Origin: an uncultured Desulfovibrio sp.
Lineage (GTDB): Bacteria; Desulfobacterota; Desulfovibrionia; Desulfovibrionales; Desulfovibrionaceae
Assembly (NCBI GenBank): GCA_913063155.1
Contig: CAJXYU010000009.1
Coordinates: 75,760-139,759 of the forward strand
DNA: 64,000 bases
Direction: 5' to 3'
Both the position numbers and the translations under genes were made by a program. The notes beneath the pieces are model-generated. The model searched no databases. It saw only the letters and a list, made by a program, of their open reading frames with translations, and was not told the origin of the DNA. Positions 9,593 to 18,123 of this stretch are shown here, one piece after another (position 1 is the first letter of the stretch; each line of letters opens with the position of its first letter).

Positions 9593-10431
9593 TACAGTTC
9601 CACCTCCTCATGCCTTTGGGAGTGGCATTGGACGTTGACGGCCAGGGGCAGGCTGGCCAGGTGGCAGGGTTCCACGGCCATCTTCACGCCCAGCACGGTG
9701 GTCTTGCCGCCCAGGCCCATGGGGCCGATGCCCAGCTGGTTGATGTCCTCTTCCAGTTCCTTTTCCATGGCCGCAATCTGCGGGTCAGGATGGGTGTCGT
9801 CCAGGCGGCGCAGGAGTGCCTTCTTGGAGATACGCGCCGCGTGGTCGAAGGTTCCGCCGATACCGATGCCGATGATGGTGGGCGGGCAGGGGTTGGGCCC
9901 AGCCTCGGCAACTCGGTTGATGACGTATTTCTTGATGCCCTCCCAGCCTTGGGCCGGGGCGAGCATGGTCACGCGGCTCATGTTTTCGGCGCCGCCGCCC
10001 TTGGCCATGTAGGATATCTTGAGCCTATCGCCGGGCACGATGTCGAAGTGGATGATGGCCGGAGTGTTGTCGCCGGTGTTGGCGCGGGTGAACGGATCGC
10101 AGGAGGATTTGCGCAGGAAGCCGTCGCCGTATCCGCGACGCACGCCTTCGTTGATGATCTCCTTGAGGTTGCCGCCCTCGACGACCACATCCTCCCCGAT
10201 TTCCACGAAGAAGACCGCGAGTCCTGTGTCCTGGCACAGGGGCAGTTTGGTTTCGGCGGCCAGGTCCGCATTTTCCAGCAGCTGGCGCAGCACTTCCTTG
10301 GCCGAAGGGGAGTCTTCCTCTGCCATGGCCTGTTCGAACTTGGCCCGCACGTCGTCGGGCAGTTCGGTGTTGGCCTTGATGCACATGGAGGCCACGGCCT
10401 CGATGATGTCTTTTGCTTGGATGGTTCGCAT
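9592..10431 (-). CDS. Class I (Fe-S) fumarate hydratase, alpha / N-terminal-domain subunit
   Basis: 279 aa with fumarase/tartrate dehydratase alpha-type sequence (PLCQDTGLAVFFVEIG). Adjacent to the beta subunit. Confidence 0.9.
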   Translation of the reverse strand: MRTIQAKDIIEAVASMCIKANTELPDDVRAKFEQAMAEEDSPSAKEVLRQLLENADLAAETKLPLCQDTGLAVFFVEIGEDVVVEGGNLKEIINEGVRRGYGDGFLRKSSCDPFTRANTGDNTPAIIHFDIVPGDRLKISYMAKGGGAENMSRVTMLAPAQGWEGIKKYVINRVAEAGPNPCPPTIIGIGIGGTFDHAARISKKALLRRLDDTHPDPQIAAMEKELEEDINQLGIGPMGLGGKTTVLGVKMAVEPCHLASLPLAVNVQCHSQRHEEVEL

Positions 10432-10433
10432 GA

Positions 10434-11171
10434 CTATTTCCTGAAGATTTCCTTGATTGCGGTTATGCCCATCTTGCGGCGCAGGAACCCGAGCTGGTTC
10501 TGCAGGGGCAGTTCTTTGGGGCAGACGTCTTCACAGGCCAGCAGGCCCATGCACCCGAACACGCCGGCGTCGTTACCCACCAGTTCGAAAAACTGTTTAT
10601 CCGAGCGTTCGTCGCGCGGGTCTATGTGGAAGCGGGCGATACGGTTCAGGGCCGCTGCGCCCAGGAAGTCGTCGCGCAAGCGGGCCGTGCCGCAGGCGGC
10701 CACACAGCAGCCGCATTCAATGCAGCGTTCCAACTCGTAGATGTCCTCGGCCACCTTGTTGTCCATGCGTTCCTCTTCTTTGGTGGGATCGAAGATCTTG
10801 GACGTGTGGACCCAGGATTCCGTCTTGGCGTACATTTCACGAAACCAGACGCCCGTGTCCACGGCCAGGTCGCCGATGAGCTTGTAGACCGGCAGTGGAT
10901 GCAGGGTGATCTTGCCGGACTGGTCCTTTGTCTTGGTCTGGCAGGCCAGGCCCGGTCGTCCGTTGATGACCATGGCGCACGCACCGCAGATGCCAGCTCG
11001 GCAGCAGAAGTCGAAGATCAGGCTCGGGTCCTGCTCCTCGCGCAGCCTGTTCAGGGCGATGAACAGGGTCATGTTCGGCGTTTCTTCAAGCTTGTAGGTC
11101 TGCATCCGGGGGGCAACCTCTGGTTTCTGAGGGTTGTACCGGAATATTTCGAATTGCAGTTCTCGTCCCAT
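10434..11171 (-). CDS. frdB: Fumarate reductase / succinate dehydrogenase iron-sulfur subunit
   Basis: 245 aa with 2Fe-2S (CRAGICGAC), 4Fe-4S (CIECGCCVAAC) and 3Fe-4S (CMGLLACEDVCP) motifs. Confidence 0.9.
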   Translation of the reverse strand: MGRELQFEIFRYNPQKPEVAPRMQTYKLEETPNMTLFIALNRLREEQDPSLIFDFCCRAGICGACAMVINGRPGLACQTKTKDQSGKITLHPLPVYKLIGDLAVDTGVWFREMYAKTESWVHTSKIFDPTKEEERMDNKVAEDIYELERCIECGCCVAACGTARLRDDFLGAAALNRIARFHIDPRDERSDKQFFELVGNDAGVFGCMGLLACEDVCPKELPLQNQLGFLRRKMGITAIKEIFRK

Positions 11172-11198
11172 GATTGCTTCCTCTATTGGAATGGGTTG

Positions 11199-13058
11199 CT
11201 ACTTTTTGGTGATGGTCCGTTCCTTGACCATGTTTTCATCCGCCGGGATGATGGTGCCGCCGCCGTAGCCGCGATCGCCCGGGGGAATTTCGAAGATCTG
11301 GGAGGAATCCTCGTACATGAGGTCCGGCTTGGCGGCGTCTTCCGTGGGCCAATAGGCCAGGGTTCGGGTCAGCCAGTCGCGGTCGTTGCGTTCCGGGAAG
11401 TCTTCACGGTTATGGGAACCGCGGGATTCCGTGCGGTTCAGGGCGGCTGTGGCGATGCACATGGCCAGCTTGATCTGTCCCCGGATCTTGAGTGCGGAGC
11501 CCAGTTCGTGGTTTACGCCCGCGCCGTCGGAGTGCAGGCCAACTCGAGACGAGCGGTCCAGCAATTTTTCCAGGGTTTCGACGGTCTCTTCCAGGTCCGG
11601 TCCGTTACGGAATACGAAACAGCCCTTCATGAGTGCTTCCTGCATTTCGTGGCGCACGTCGTAGACGCTTTCATTGCCGTTGCGGCCGGAGATGAGATCC
11701 TTGATGCGCTGCTCCTGACGTCTGTACTGCTGGTTGATGATTTCTGTCTTGAACTTGGTCTCGTATCCCTTGAGGAATTCCACAATCTTGTCACCGATGA
11801 TACCGCCTGCGACCACGGTTTCGGCCAGGGAGTTGCCGCCCAGGCGGTTGAAGCCGTGCATATCCCAGCAGGCCGCCTCGCCCGCGCTGAACAGGCCTTT
11901 GAGGCCGTAGGCCGCGCCATCCTTGTTGGTGCGGATGCCGGCCATGGTGTAGTGCTGGGTCGGACGAACCGGAATGAGTTGTTTGCGGGGATCGATGCCC
12001 AGGAAGTGGTGGCAGATGTCGTCCACTTCGCGCAGTTTGTGGGAGATGTGCTGGTCGCCCAAATGCCGGATGTCCAGCCAGAGGTGCTCGCCATAGGAAC
12101 TCTTGACGCCCTTGCCTTCGCGCATGTGATGGGTCATCCAGCGGGAGACCACGTCGCGGGAGGCCAGTTCGGCCTTTTCCGGCTCGTAGATGTGCATGAA
12201 GCGTTCTTCATTGACGTCAAGCAGGGTGCCGCCGTCGCCGCGGCAACCTTCGGTCACCAGGATGTCCGTGGGAACGATGCCCGTGGGATGGAACTGGATG
12301 GCCTCGGGATTGCCGATGGGCACCATTCCGGTGTCCAGAGCCAGGATGTGGCCTCCTCCGTCGCAGATGACCGCATTGGTGGTGGCCTTGTAGATACGGC
12401 CGAATCCACCGGTGCAGATGGCAGTGGCCTTGGCCAGATATGTTTCCAGTTTGCCTGTGCGCAGGCAGCGGACGATCGCCCCCATGCAGGTCTCTTCATC
12501 GTGTATCAGGGCGACGGCTTCCTTGCGGTCCATCACGTTGATGCCCAGTTCGGCGCAGCGGTTGTCCATGGTGCACATGACTGCGTGACCCGTTCCATCC
12601 GAGGTATAGCAGGTGCGCCATTTGGCGGTGCCGCCGAAAGCCCGGGCCGTAATCAGTCCCTCATTTTCCGGGTTTTCGAATTTTTCGAATTTCTGGCCGC
12701 CCTTGAAATAAAAGGACTGGCCGGGAACCACGCGATTCCAGGGCACGCCCCAGTGGGCCAGGCGGCGCATTTCAATGGGGGCGGCGTCCGCGAAGAGCCG
12801 GGCGACTTCCTGGTCGCAGCCCCAGTCGGAACCCTTGACCGTGTCGCCGAAATGCACGTCCGTGTTGTCGCCTTCGCCCATGGCGCAGTTGCCGAGGGCC
12901 GCCTGCATGCCCCCCTGCGCCGCCGAGGAATGGGAACGGCGGGCCGGGACAATGGAAAGACATATGACGTTGAAGCCGTTTTCCGCGGCTTCGACCGCCA
13001 CGCGTTCACCGGCCAGGCCTGCGCCGATGACCAGGAGATCGGAATAGAATGTCTGCAT
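11199..13058 (-). CDS. frdA: Fumarate reductase / succinate dehydrogenase flavoprotein subunit
   Basis: 619 aa. N-terminal FAD fold (LLVIGAGLAGERVA) and the covalent-FAD region RSHSSAAQGG. Confidence 0.95.
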   Translation of the reverse strand: MQTFYSDLLVIGAGLAGERVAVEAAENGFNVICLSIVPARRSHSSAAQGGMQAALGNCAMGEGDNTDVHFGDTVKGSDWGCDQEVARLFADAAPIEMRRLAHWGVPWNRVVPGQSFYFKGGQKFEKFENPENEGLITARAFGGTAKWRTCYTSDGTGHAVMCTMDNRCAELGINVMDRKEAVALIHDEETCMGAIVRCLRTGKLETYLAKATAICTGGFGRIYKATTNAVICDGGGHILALDTGMVPIGNPEAIQFHPTGIVPTDILVTEGCRGDGGTLLDVNEERFMHIYEPEKAELASRDVVSRWMTHHMREGKGVKSSYGEHLWLDIRHLGDQHISHKLREVDDICHHFLGIDPRKQLIPVRPTQHYTMAGIRTNKDGAAYGLKGLFSAGEAACWDMHGFNRLGGNSLAETVVAGGIIGDKIVEFLKGYETKFKTEIINQQYRRQEQRIKDLISGRNGNESVYDVRHEMQEALMKGCFVFRNGPDLEETVETLEKLLDRSSRVGLHSDGAGVNHELGSALKIRGQIKLAMCIATAALNRTESRGSHNREDFPERNDRDWLTRTLAYWPTEDAAKPDLMYEDSSQIFEIPPGDRGYGGGTIIPADENMVKERTITKK

Positions 13059-13070
13059 GTTTGAACCTCC

Positions 13071-13718
13071 CTAGCCCAGAAGCATGAAGCGGATCAGGGT
13101 GATGACGCCTATGACCATGAAGGTCAGGAAAAGCGTATTCTCGCCCTTTTTGAAAGCGGAGCGGCCGCTGTCCTTGACGAAACCCCATTTCACGGCAATT
13201 CGGTAGAACCCGATGCTCACGTGCAGTTCGACGCAGGGCAGCAGGATCATGTAGAAAATGAACCAGAATCCGCTTTGGATGCGTGCTGCGGACTTGGCGG
13301 CGGTGATGGGCAGGTCGGTGAGTACCACCCACATGTGAATGGAGCCGAGCACCAGGATGACCATGGCGGTGACAGCCTGGATGACCCACAACCAGGTATC
13401 TCTGTGCTTTATCATTCTGGCGTGTCGCCAGATGGTGACTTGCCCATCGGCCCGGAAGGGGATCTTGCGCGCCGCGAGCACAAAGTGCAGCAGGAAGGTC
13501 AGGAATATGAGGGGGCCGCCCACCTGAGCCATGTAGGTGGCTTCGAAAAAGTATGCGATGGCGTTCATGATTTTCGGTGAGATGACCACCGACGAGACCA
13601 GCAGCATATGGCACCACATGAACAGGATAAGCCCTGCTCCGGTGAGCATCTGCAGCCAGTCGAGAACAGCGTCGCGTTTGGACGGGCGCACGACATGCAT
13701 GGTTGCATCCACGGACAT
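13071..13718 (-). CDS. frdC: Fumarate reductase dihaem cytochrome b membrane subunit (type B, W. succinogenes-like)
   Basis: 215 aa with about 5 hydrophobic spans and conserved His residues. First gene of frdCAB. Confidence 0.8.
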   Translation of the reverse strand: MSVDATMHVVRPSKRDAVLDWLQMLTGAGLILFMWCHMLLVSSVVISPKIMNAIAYFFEATYMAQVGGPLIFLTFLLHFVLAARKIPFRADGQVTIWRHARMIKHRDTWLWVIQAVTAMVILVLGSIHMWVVLTDLPITAAKSAARIQSGFWFIFYMILLPCVELHVSIGFYRIAVKWGFVKDSGRSAFKKGENTLFLTFMVIGVITLIRFMLLG

Positions 13719-13849
13719 AACTACTCTCCTTTTTTGCGGATTCTCCGCAGTTGATCCAAGTGTTTCGGGTGAATCTCAAGACCCCGCATGCCGGGAGCAT
13801 GTGGTCCGGAGAAGGATATCCAAAACAGTATAAGGGGCCGATCAACCTA

Positions 13850-13880
13850 CATCCGGCGCAGGCCGTTTGCGCGCCGGATG
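13850..13880. promoter_or_regulatory. Perfect 10-bp-stem inverted repeat, 132 nt upstream of the frdC start
   Basis: catccggcgc (13850-13859) pairs with gcgccggatg (13871-13880), with an 11-nt loop. No T-tract on either strand. Function unknown. Confidence 0.3.
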
Positions 13881-14912
13881 CCGGGTTAGTTGCCTATCAT
13901 CAAGCCCGGCAGGGCCTTGAGCGACTTGGATAATCGTATATTCTTATGCCTATGGGAATTGGTGCGCGTGATCTGTCTGGCGGTGATGAGGGCCGCCGAA
14001 CACGCGTTGTCGAATTTGAGCCGTCGAACGAAGAAAGTCCGTTCGGGAATGGAAGGGGCAGGCGCCGTTGTCCGGCCCGTGCGCCCCTCGCTTCGAAGTT
14101 GTTGAAGCAGGGGCCGGTTACAGTGAATGCCGCCTGGATACGAAGCCCTGTTGCGGGTTCGTGGGGGCGGAGAGTAGGGTGACGATGCTTGCGGGATGGG
14201 GCGCGTTGCAAACCCCGGGATTGATGCGCAGTGAAACCTGAACTGGCCCAAAGCCTTCACCGGAGTGGCGGGCGCACTGACGACGCGCTTGCCGCCGTTC
14301 GGGCGCGGGCGCCTGGACCGCAGGGAAAATCTTGTAGCCGAATACCTGTTTCCGATGTTTCGTTTTGTCGCGAAGCGACGTTTGGTACGAATCGGATGCA
14401 TGGTCTTCGCCTTTCCGGAAAATCCGGTGATTATAGGTTGTTACGCATTCTTCGACTTGTCACTTGTTTACATTTTTGAGAAAGCGGACAGAGCTTGTGG
14501 CAAGAATGTAAACCTGATAACCCTTGTAACATGGCTTAATTGAACGGTCAATCAATTCAGTGAAAATACTTGACTTCTTTTTCATATTTTGACCTTTATC
14601 GTGTCTTTTTCTTACTTATCCGCTTTGGATGGCGCACTTTTTTGTCAAATCAACCAGGAAAACAAGGTTTCGATTCGTTTCAGGATTGCTCACCACGGAA
14701 GTGGAGATCGGCGGAAAACGTGAATAGATGCCCAACCTATCCGATTGTATTGTCGGAAAATATATTTTGGCTTGATGTAATTTTTTAAGCATACTAATAA
14801 ATTGGGATTACATGCTGTGCATGGGGCGACGGCCTTTGCTCTTGTGAGAAGACCGTCGGGGGGCCATGGATTGTGGGATACCGGCGCGGCATGTGCATTT
14901 GGAAGTTATTTC

Positions 14913-14928
14913 GCCGCGTTTTCGCGGC
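14913..14928. promoter_or_regulatory. Candidate TetR operator palindrome
   Basis: GCCGCG-TTTT-CGCGGC, a perfect 16-bp palindrome 23 nt upstream of the TetR ATG. Confidence 0.3.
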
Positions 14929-14950
14929 ATGTTCTTTAAGAGAGTAGGGT

Positions 14951-15523
14951 ATGACCAAGAAAGAAAACATCCTTGTTGCAGCTCAGGAACTGTTCGCCAA
15001 GTACGGATACGCCGGCACGACCATGAAGATGATATCCGAGCGGGCGGGGGTGGCCGCAGGGTTGGTTTCCCATTATTACGGCAGCAAGGAGAACCTGTTC
15101 ATGGTGGCGGGGCAGGAAATGATAGACTCCATGCTTCGGATGTTGCGAACGAGGACGGCCACGGCCGAGGATGGCAAACAGGCGGTGGGCCTGTTCGTCA
15201 AGGCATATCTCGATTTCACCCTGCAGAACCAGGCAACTTTTCCCACCTTGATCCGCTGTTCCCCGTTCAGCGACGACAATCCGGACCTGGACCGTGAAAC
15301 GATCGGCGAAAAATTCAAGCTTCTCATGGAGGAGATAGAACTGCACTTGCGTCGAGGCATTGAAGACGGCTCGATTGCGGCCGTTCCCGTGGAAGAGACC
15401 GCCTTCATGATCTACGGCTGTATTATCGGTGCGGTCCGTACCGTATTCCTGACTCCTTATGATGTTCCCGGACTGTATGAAGAGGCCTGCCAATTTGTCA
15501 TGCGCAGCCTGGAAAAACATTAG
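14951..15523 (+). CDS. TetR/AcrR-family transcriptional regulator
   Basis: 190 aa. N-terminal HTH ILVAAQELFAKYGYAGTTMKMISERAGVAAGLVSHYYGSKENLF. Confidence 0.9.
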   Translation: MTKKENILVAAQELFAKYGYAGTTMKMISERAGVAAGLVSHYYGSKENLFMVAGQEMIDSMLRMLRTRTATAEDGKQAVGLFVKAYLDFTLQNQATFPTLIRCSPFSDDNPDLDRETIGEKFKLLMEEIELHLRRGIEDGSIAAVPVEETAFMIYGCIIGAVRTVFLTPYDVPGLYEEACQFVMRSLEKH

Positions 15524-15546
15524 CGGCTTTCAACAGGAGGTGCCTT

Positions 15547-17733
15547 GTGAATAATGGCGCCGCAACCAATACAAACGCCGTGACCGCAGTCATGGTCGCC
15601 GGTTTTCTCGGAACCGTAGGCCTTGGGGTGCTTTCCTTTGCGTTGCCCCTGTTCGGCTTTGACGCCAAGGTGGGCGGGACATGGATAGGAACGGCCTTCT
15701 CCGGGTATTTTCTCGCCCGCCTCATACTCGCGCCCCTGGCGGGCTTCTGGGCGGACCGTCTAGGGCCGCGTCCGGTGCTGCTCTGGGCTTCGGTGGTCGG
15801 CGCGCTCCTCCCCCTGATGCATTTCTTTATTTCAGGAATTTACTGGTTCCATGTGCTCCAGTTCGGCCTGGGCCTGGCCGGCGGGTTCATCAAGCCCGTG
15901 AGCATGGCCGTTCTCGGGGCCGCAACGTCCAAGGACCGGCTGGGCGTGGTTTTTGGACGCTATTCTGCCCTTATGAACGCAGCCTTTTTTTTGGGGCCGC
16001 TCCTGGGTGGAGTGCTGTACTATAACCGCTCCTTCACCCCGGTGATTCTCTTTTTGTCCGCAACCATGCTCGTGGGGTTGGCTGTTTTCCTGCGTTATGT
16101 CCCTCAAGACCTGCATACCCGTCTGGCTCAGAAGCCTCGGCAGGAATCCGAAGCGGCTCCGGAGCAGGAGACCGGGTTCGCCGAATTGCTGCTGGCCATT
16201 GTGGGACGCACCGCCGGAGTGGCCGTGCTGCTGGCCTTTTTTCCAGTCATGTTGGCCCAGGAAATTTCCAAGGACAGTTTGGTCATTGGGTTGATTTGTA
16301 CGGTACCGAGCTTCGTGGCATGCGTGGGGTTGGCCCTTATTCCCGGGCGTATTCGGCTTTCCGGACAGGCGCTGACCGCGGCTCTCGGCATTCTGATCAG
16401 TTCCGTGAGCCTGTTTCTGCTCGGCGAGTTGCATTCCCTGTGGGGCGTGGTGCTGTCTGGAGCTGGAATCGGAGTTGGTCGCGTCATTTCCATCCCCGCC
16501 ACCATGAGCCTTGCGGCCCTGTCCAGCCGCGACCAGGGGCGGGTGTTCGGGGTTGCCAACGGTGCGGCCAGTCTTGGGTTCGTGCTCGGTCCGTTGGCCG
16601 GGGGGCTGGTGCTGGAGCATTCCATGGCCGTGGCTCCGGTGTTCAAGATTTTCGGCATCGTGGGGCTGGCGTTGTGCGTGCCCATGCTTATGAGTTCTTT
16701 GCGCCGCAGTGAAGTGTTCGACCGTCGGACTGTGAGTGGTGTGGGGCTGGCCGTCATGGTGGCGCTGTTGGCCTTTGCTCCCCTGCAGTTGGATGCCCCT
16801 GCAAAGCAGAGCGCCGACGGGCTCTATCATTATGGCGGCTCGGCCATGGGGACGGTGCTGCACATGACCTTGGAGGCTCCGAACAAAGACGTGGCCGACA
16901 AGGCTGCCACCAAGGCCAGGGAACGTATCGCCACCTTGCAGCACGAATTCGATTTTCGCTACCGGGAGGGCTCGGTCGGTCGGGTGAACCTCAGGGCCGG
17001 AGGGCGCGGCGCACGTGTCTCCGAGAATGCCTACGCCCTTATCGAGCGCGCTTTGGACTTCGGTGGGAAGACCCATGGAATCTTCGACATCACCATTGGC
17101 GCGGTCACGGTGTCGCCCTTGTATTTCGCACGCAGCGAAGAGGTGGCCAAGGCCAAGCGTACTCTCATCGACTACAGGCTTGTGCGGCTTGATCCCGGGG
17201 AGCGGAGGGTGACCTTGCCCAAGCATGGCATGGCCATCGACCTTGGCGGCATCGCCAAGGGGGCCGTCATTGACGCTGCCGTTGCCAGCCTGCGCAGAAG
17301 CGGGATCAAGGCCGGCATCGTGGAGGCAGGGGGCGACTTTTATTGCTTCGGGGACAGGGATTGGACCGTGGGTATCCGACACCCGCGGGAGGATCGTGTC
17401 TTGGGCGCCATTTCCGTGCGTGAAAAGGGCGTCTGCGGCTCCGGTGACTATTATCAATATATAATTCATGAAGAAAACGGGAAGGAAGTGCGCAGGCATC
17501 ATATTTTGGACGTGGGAACTTTGCGGTCGGCATCGCAAAGCATCGGCGTCACGGTGGTGGCCGAAAATGCGGAATTGGCCGATGCCCTGGCAACGACGCT
17601 TTTCATCGCCGGCCCGAATGAGGGCCGGGACATTTTGCAAAAATCCTTTCCGTCGGCGGCAGCCATGTGGGTCCTCCCTGATCTGGGCGTCGAGTTCACG
17701 GATAATTTCCCCTCAATATCCCCTGAAAAATAG
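15547..17733 (+). CDS. apbE: MFS transporter (12 spans) + extra TM span + ApbE-family FAD:protein FMN transferase, in a single ORF
   Basis: 728 aa. GTG start with AGGAGG 6 nt upstream. MFS motif-A-like GFWADRLGPRP. Thirteenth hydrophobic span VSGVGLAVMVALLAFAPLQL. ApbE motifs MGTVLHMTL, IDLGGIAKGAVID, EAGGDFYCFG, GSGDYYQY, ADALATTLFIAG. Confidence 0.85.
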   Translation: MNNGAATNTNAVTAVMVAGFLGTVGLGVLSFALPLFGFDAKVGGTWIGTAFSGYFLARLILAPLAGFWADRLGPRPVLLWASVVGALLPLMHFFISGIYWFHVLQFGLGLAGGFIKPVSMAVLGAATSKDRLGVVFGRYSALMNAAFFLGPLLGGVLYYNRSFTPVILFLSATMLVGLAVFLRYVPQDLHTRLAQKPRQESEAAPEQETGFAELLLAIVGRTAGVAVLLAFFPVMLAQEISKDSLVIGLICTVPSFVACVGLALIPGRIRLSGQALTAALGILISSVSLFLLGELHSLWGVVLSGAGIGVGRVISIPATMSLAALSSRDQGRVFGVANGAASLGFVLGPLAGGLVLEHSMAVAPVFKIFGIVGLALCVPMLMSSLRRSEVFDRRTVSGVGLAVMVALLAFAPLQLDAPAKQSADGLYHYGGSAMGTVLHMTLEAPNKDVADKAATKARERIATLQHEFDFRYREGSVGRVNLRAGGRGARVSENAYALIERALDFGGKTHGIFDITIGAVTVSPLYFARSEEVAKAKRTLIDYRLVRLDPGERRVTLPKHGMAIDLGGIAKGAVIDAAVASLRRSGIKAGIVEAGGDFYCFGDRDWTVGIRHPREDRVLGAISVREKGVCGSGDYYQYIIHEENGKEVRRHHILDVGTLRSASQSIGVTVVAENAELADALATTLFIAGPNEGRDILQKSFPSAAAMWVLPDLGVEFTDNFPSISPEK

Positions 17734-17992
17734 AAAGGGCTGGCTGAAGTCTGGCGCGTGTGCTAATTTCAGCCATATTTTCTCATGCGCGAGTTGTCTT
17801 TTGGTGTTTTCGCAAAATGAGAATTTGTTTTTGGTCTGTTTCCGAACGGAACTGGATACTGGTGAAGGAATGAAAACCTTGCCCGGCGGGCCTTTTGGCG
17901 CTTCTTGTCTCTGTGGACGACAAGGGGAGGGGTGAGTGTGGTTACATAAATGGAAACAAGTTGGGTCAAGTCTCTTGAAATTACTTGTTACC

Positions 17993-18021
17993 TTGACTTT
18001 TTTGCAACATCAGAGCATAAG
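17993..18021 (+). promoter_or_regulatory. Candidate sigma70-type promoter for the amino-acid ABC operon
   Basis: TTGACT (17993-17998), 17 nt spacer, CATAAG (18016-18021). By eye only. Confidence 0.25.
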
Positions 18022-18056
18022 TGTTGGGCTAATGTGGAGACCTCCCCGACACGGAG

Positions 18057-18086
18057 ACCGCGCTGGAACTGTTGCGCGGTTTTTCT
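18057..18086 (+). terminator. Terminator-like hairpin in the leader of the ABC operon (possible attenuator)
   Basis: accgcgc (18057-18063) pairs with gcgcggt (18074-18080), followed by TTTTCTGTC. It ends 38 nt before the ATG at 18124. Confidence 0.4.
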
Positions 18087-18123
18087 GTCAGGGCATCATA
18101 CAATATTTTGGAGTGAATCTATT

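Noticed and set aside
10626-13064. 812-aa ORF on the + strand, antisense to frdA/frdB. Similar very long antisense ORFs occur at 899-2617, 6012-7847, 15832-17640, 18088-19452, 22668-24116, 23819-25063, 41523-44036 and 46351-48579.
   Set aside because: Their translations are low-complexity and rich in Gly/Asp/His/Arg/Ala, with no recognisable motifs. The opposite strand encodes clearly recognisable conserved proteins. In GC-rich genomes, stop-poor antisense frames are expected shadow ORFs.
13795-13885. SRP (4.5S) RNA-like string GGTCCGGAGAAGGA.
   Set aside because: It does not reproduce the conserved GGUCCGGAAGGAAGCAGCC core or the symmetric helix around it.
14020-14345. RNase P RNA-like strings in roughly the right order (GAAGAAAGTCCG, ACAGTGAATGCCGCC, GTAGGGTGA).
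   Set aside because: The strictly conserved P4 partner strand (ACAGAACCCGGCTTA, needing CCGGCTT to pair with AAGTCCGG) is absent on either strand. The other blocks are only loose matches. This is most likely pattern-matching on GC-rich sequence. An Infernal scan would settle it.
13886-14401. 171-aa minus-strand ORF in the large intergenic gap, and smaller ORFs at 13890-14105, 13946-14182, 14231-14479 and 14570-14788.
   Set aside because: The composition is extremely basic and Arg/Pro/Ser-rich. There is no RBS and no recognisable domain. It looks like a chance open frame in GC-rich DNA.
17950-18123. N-terminal extensions of track ORFs. The affected track ORFs are 17950-18852, 21718-22590, 22635-22940, 34567-35145, 35279-37948, 44838-46607, 58375-59001, 60851-62533, 3069-4292 and 4039-5232.
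   Set aside because: In each case the extension overlaps the neighbouring gene or reads as junk, and a downstream start gives a canonical N-terminus (signal peptide, lipobox, Walker-A spacing, RBS). The shorter coordinates are used in the feature list.
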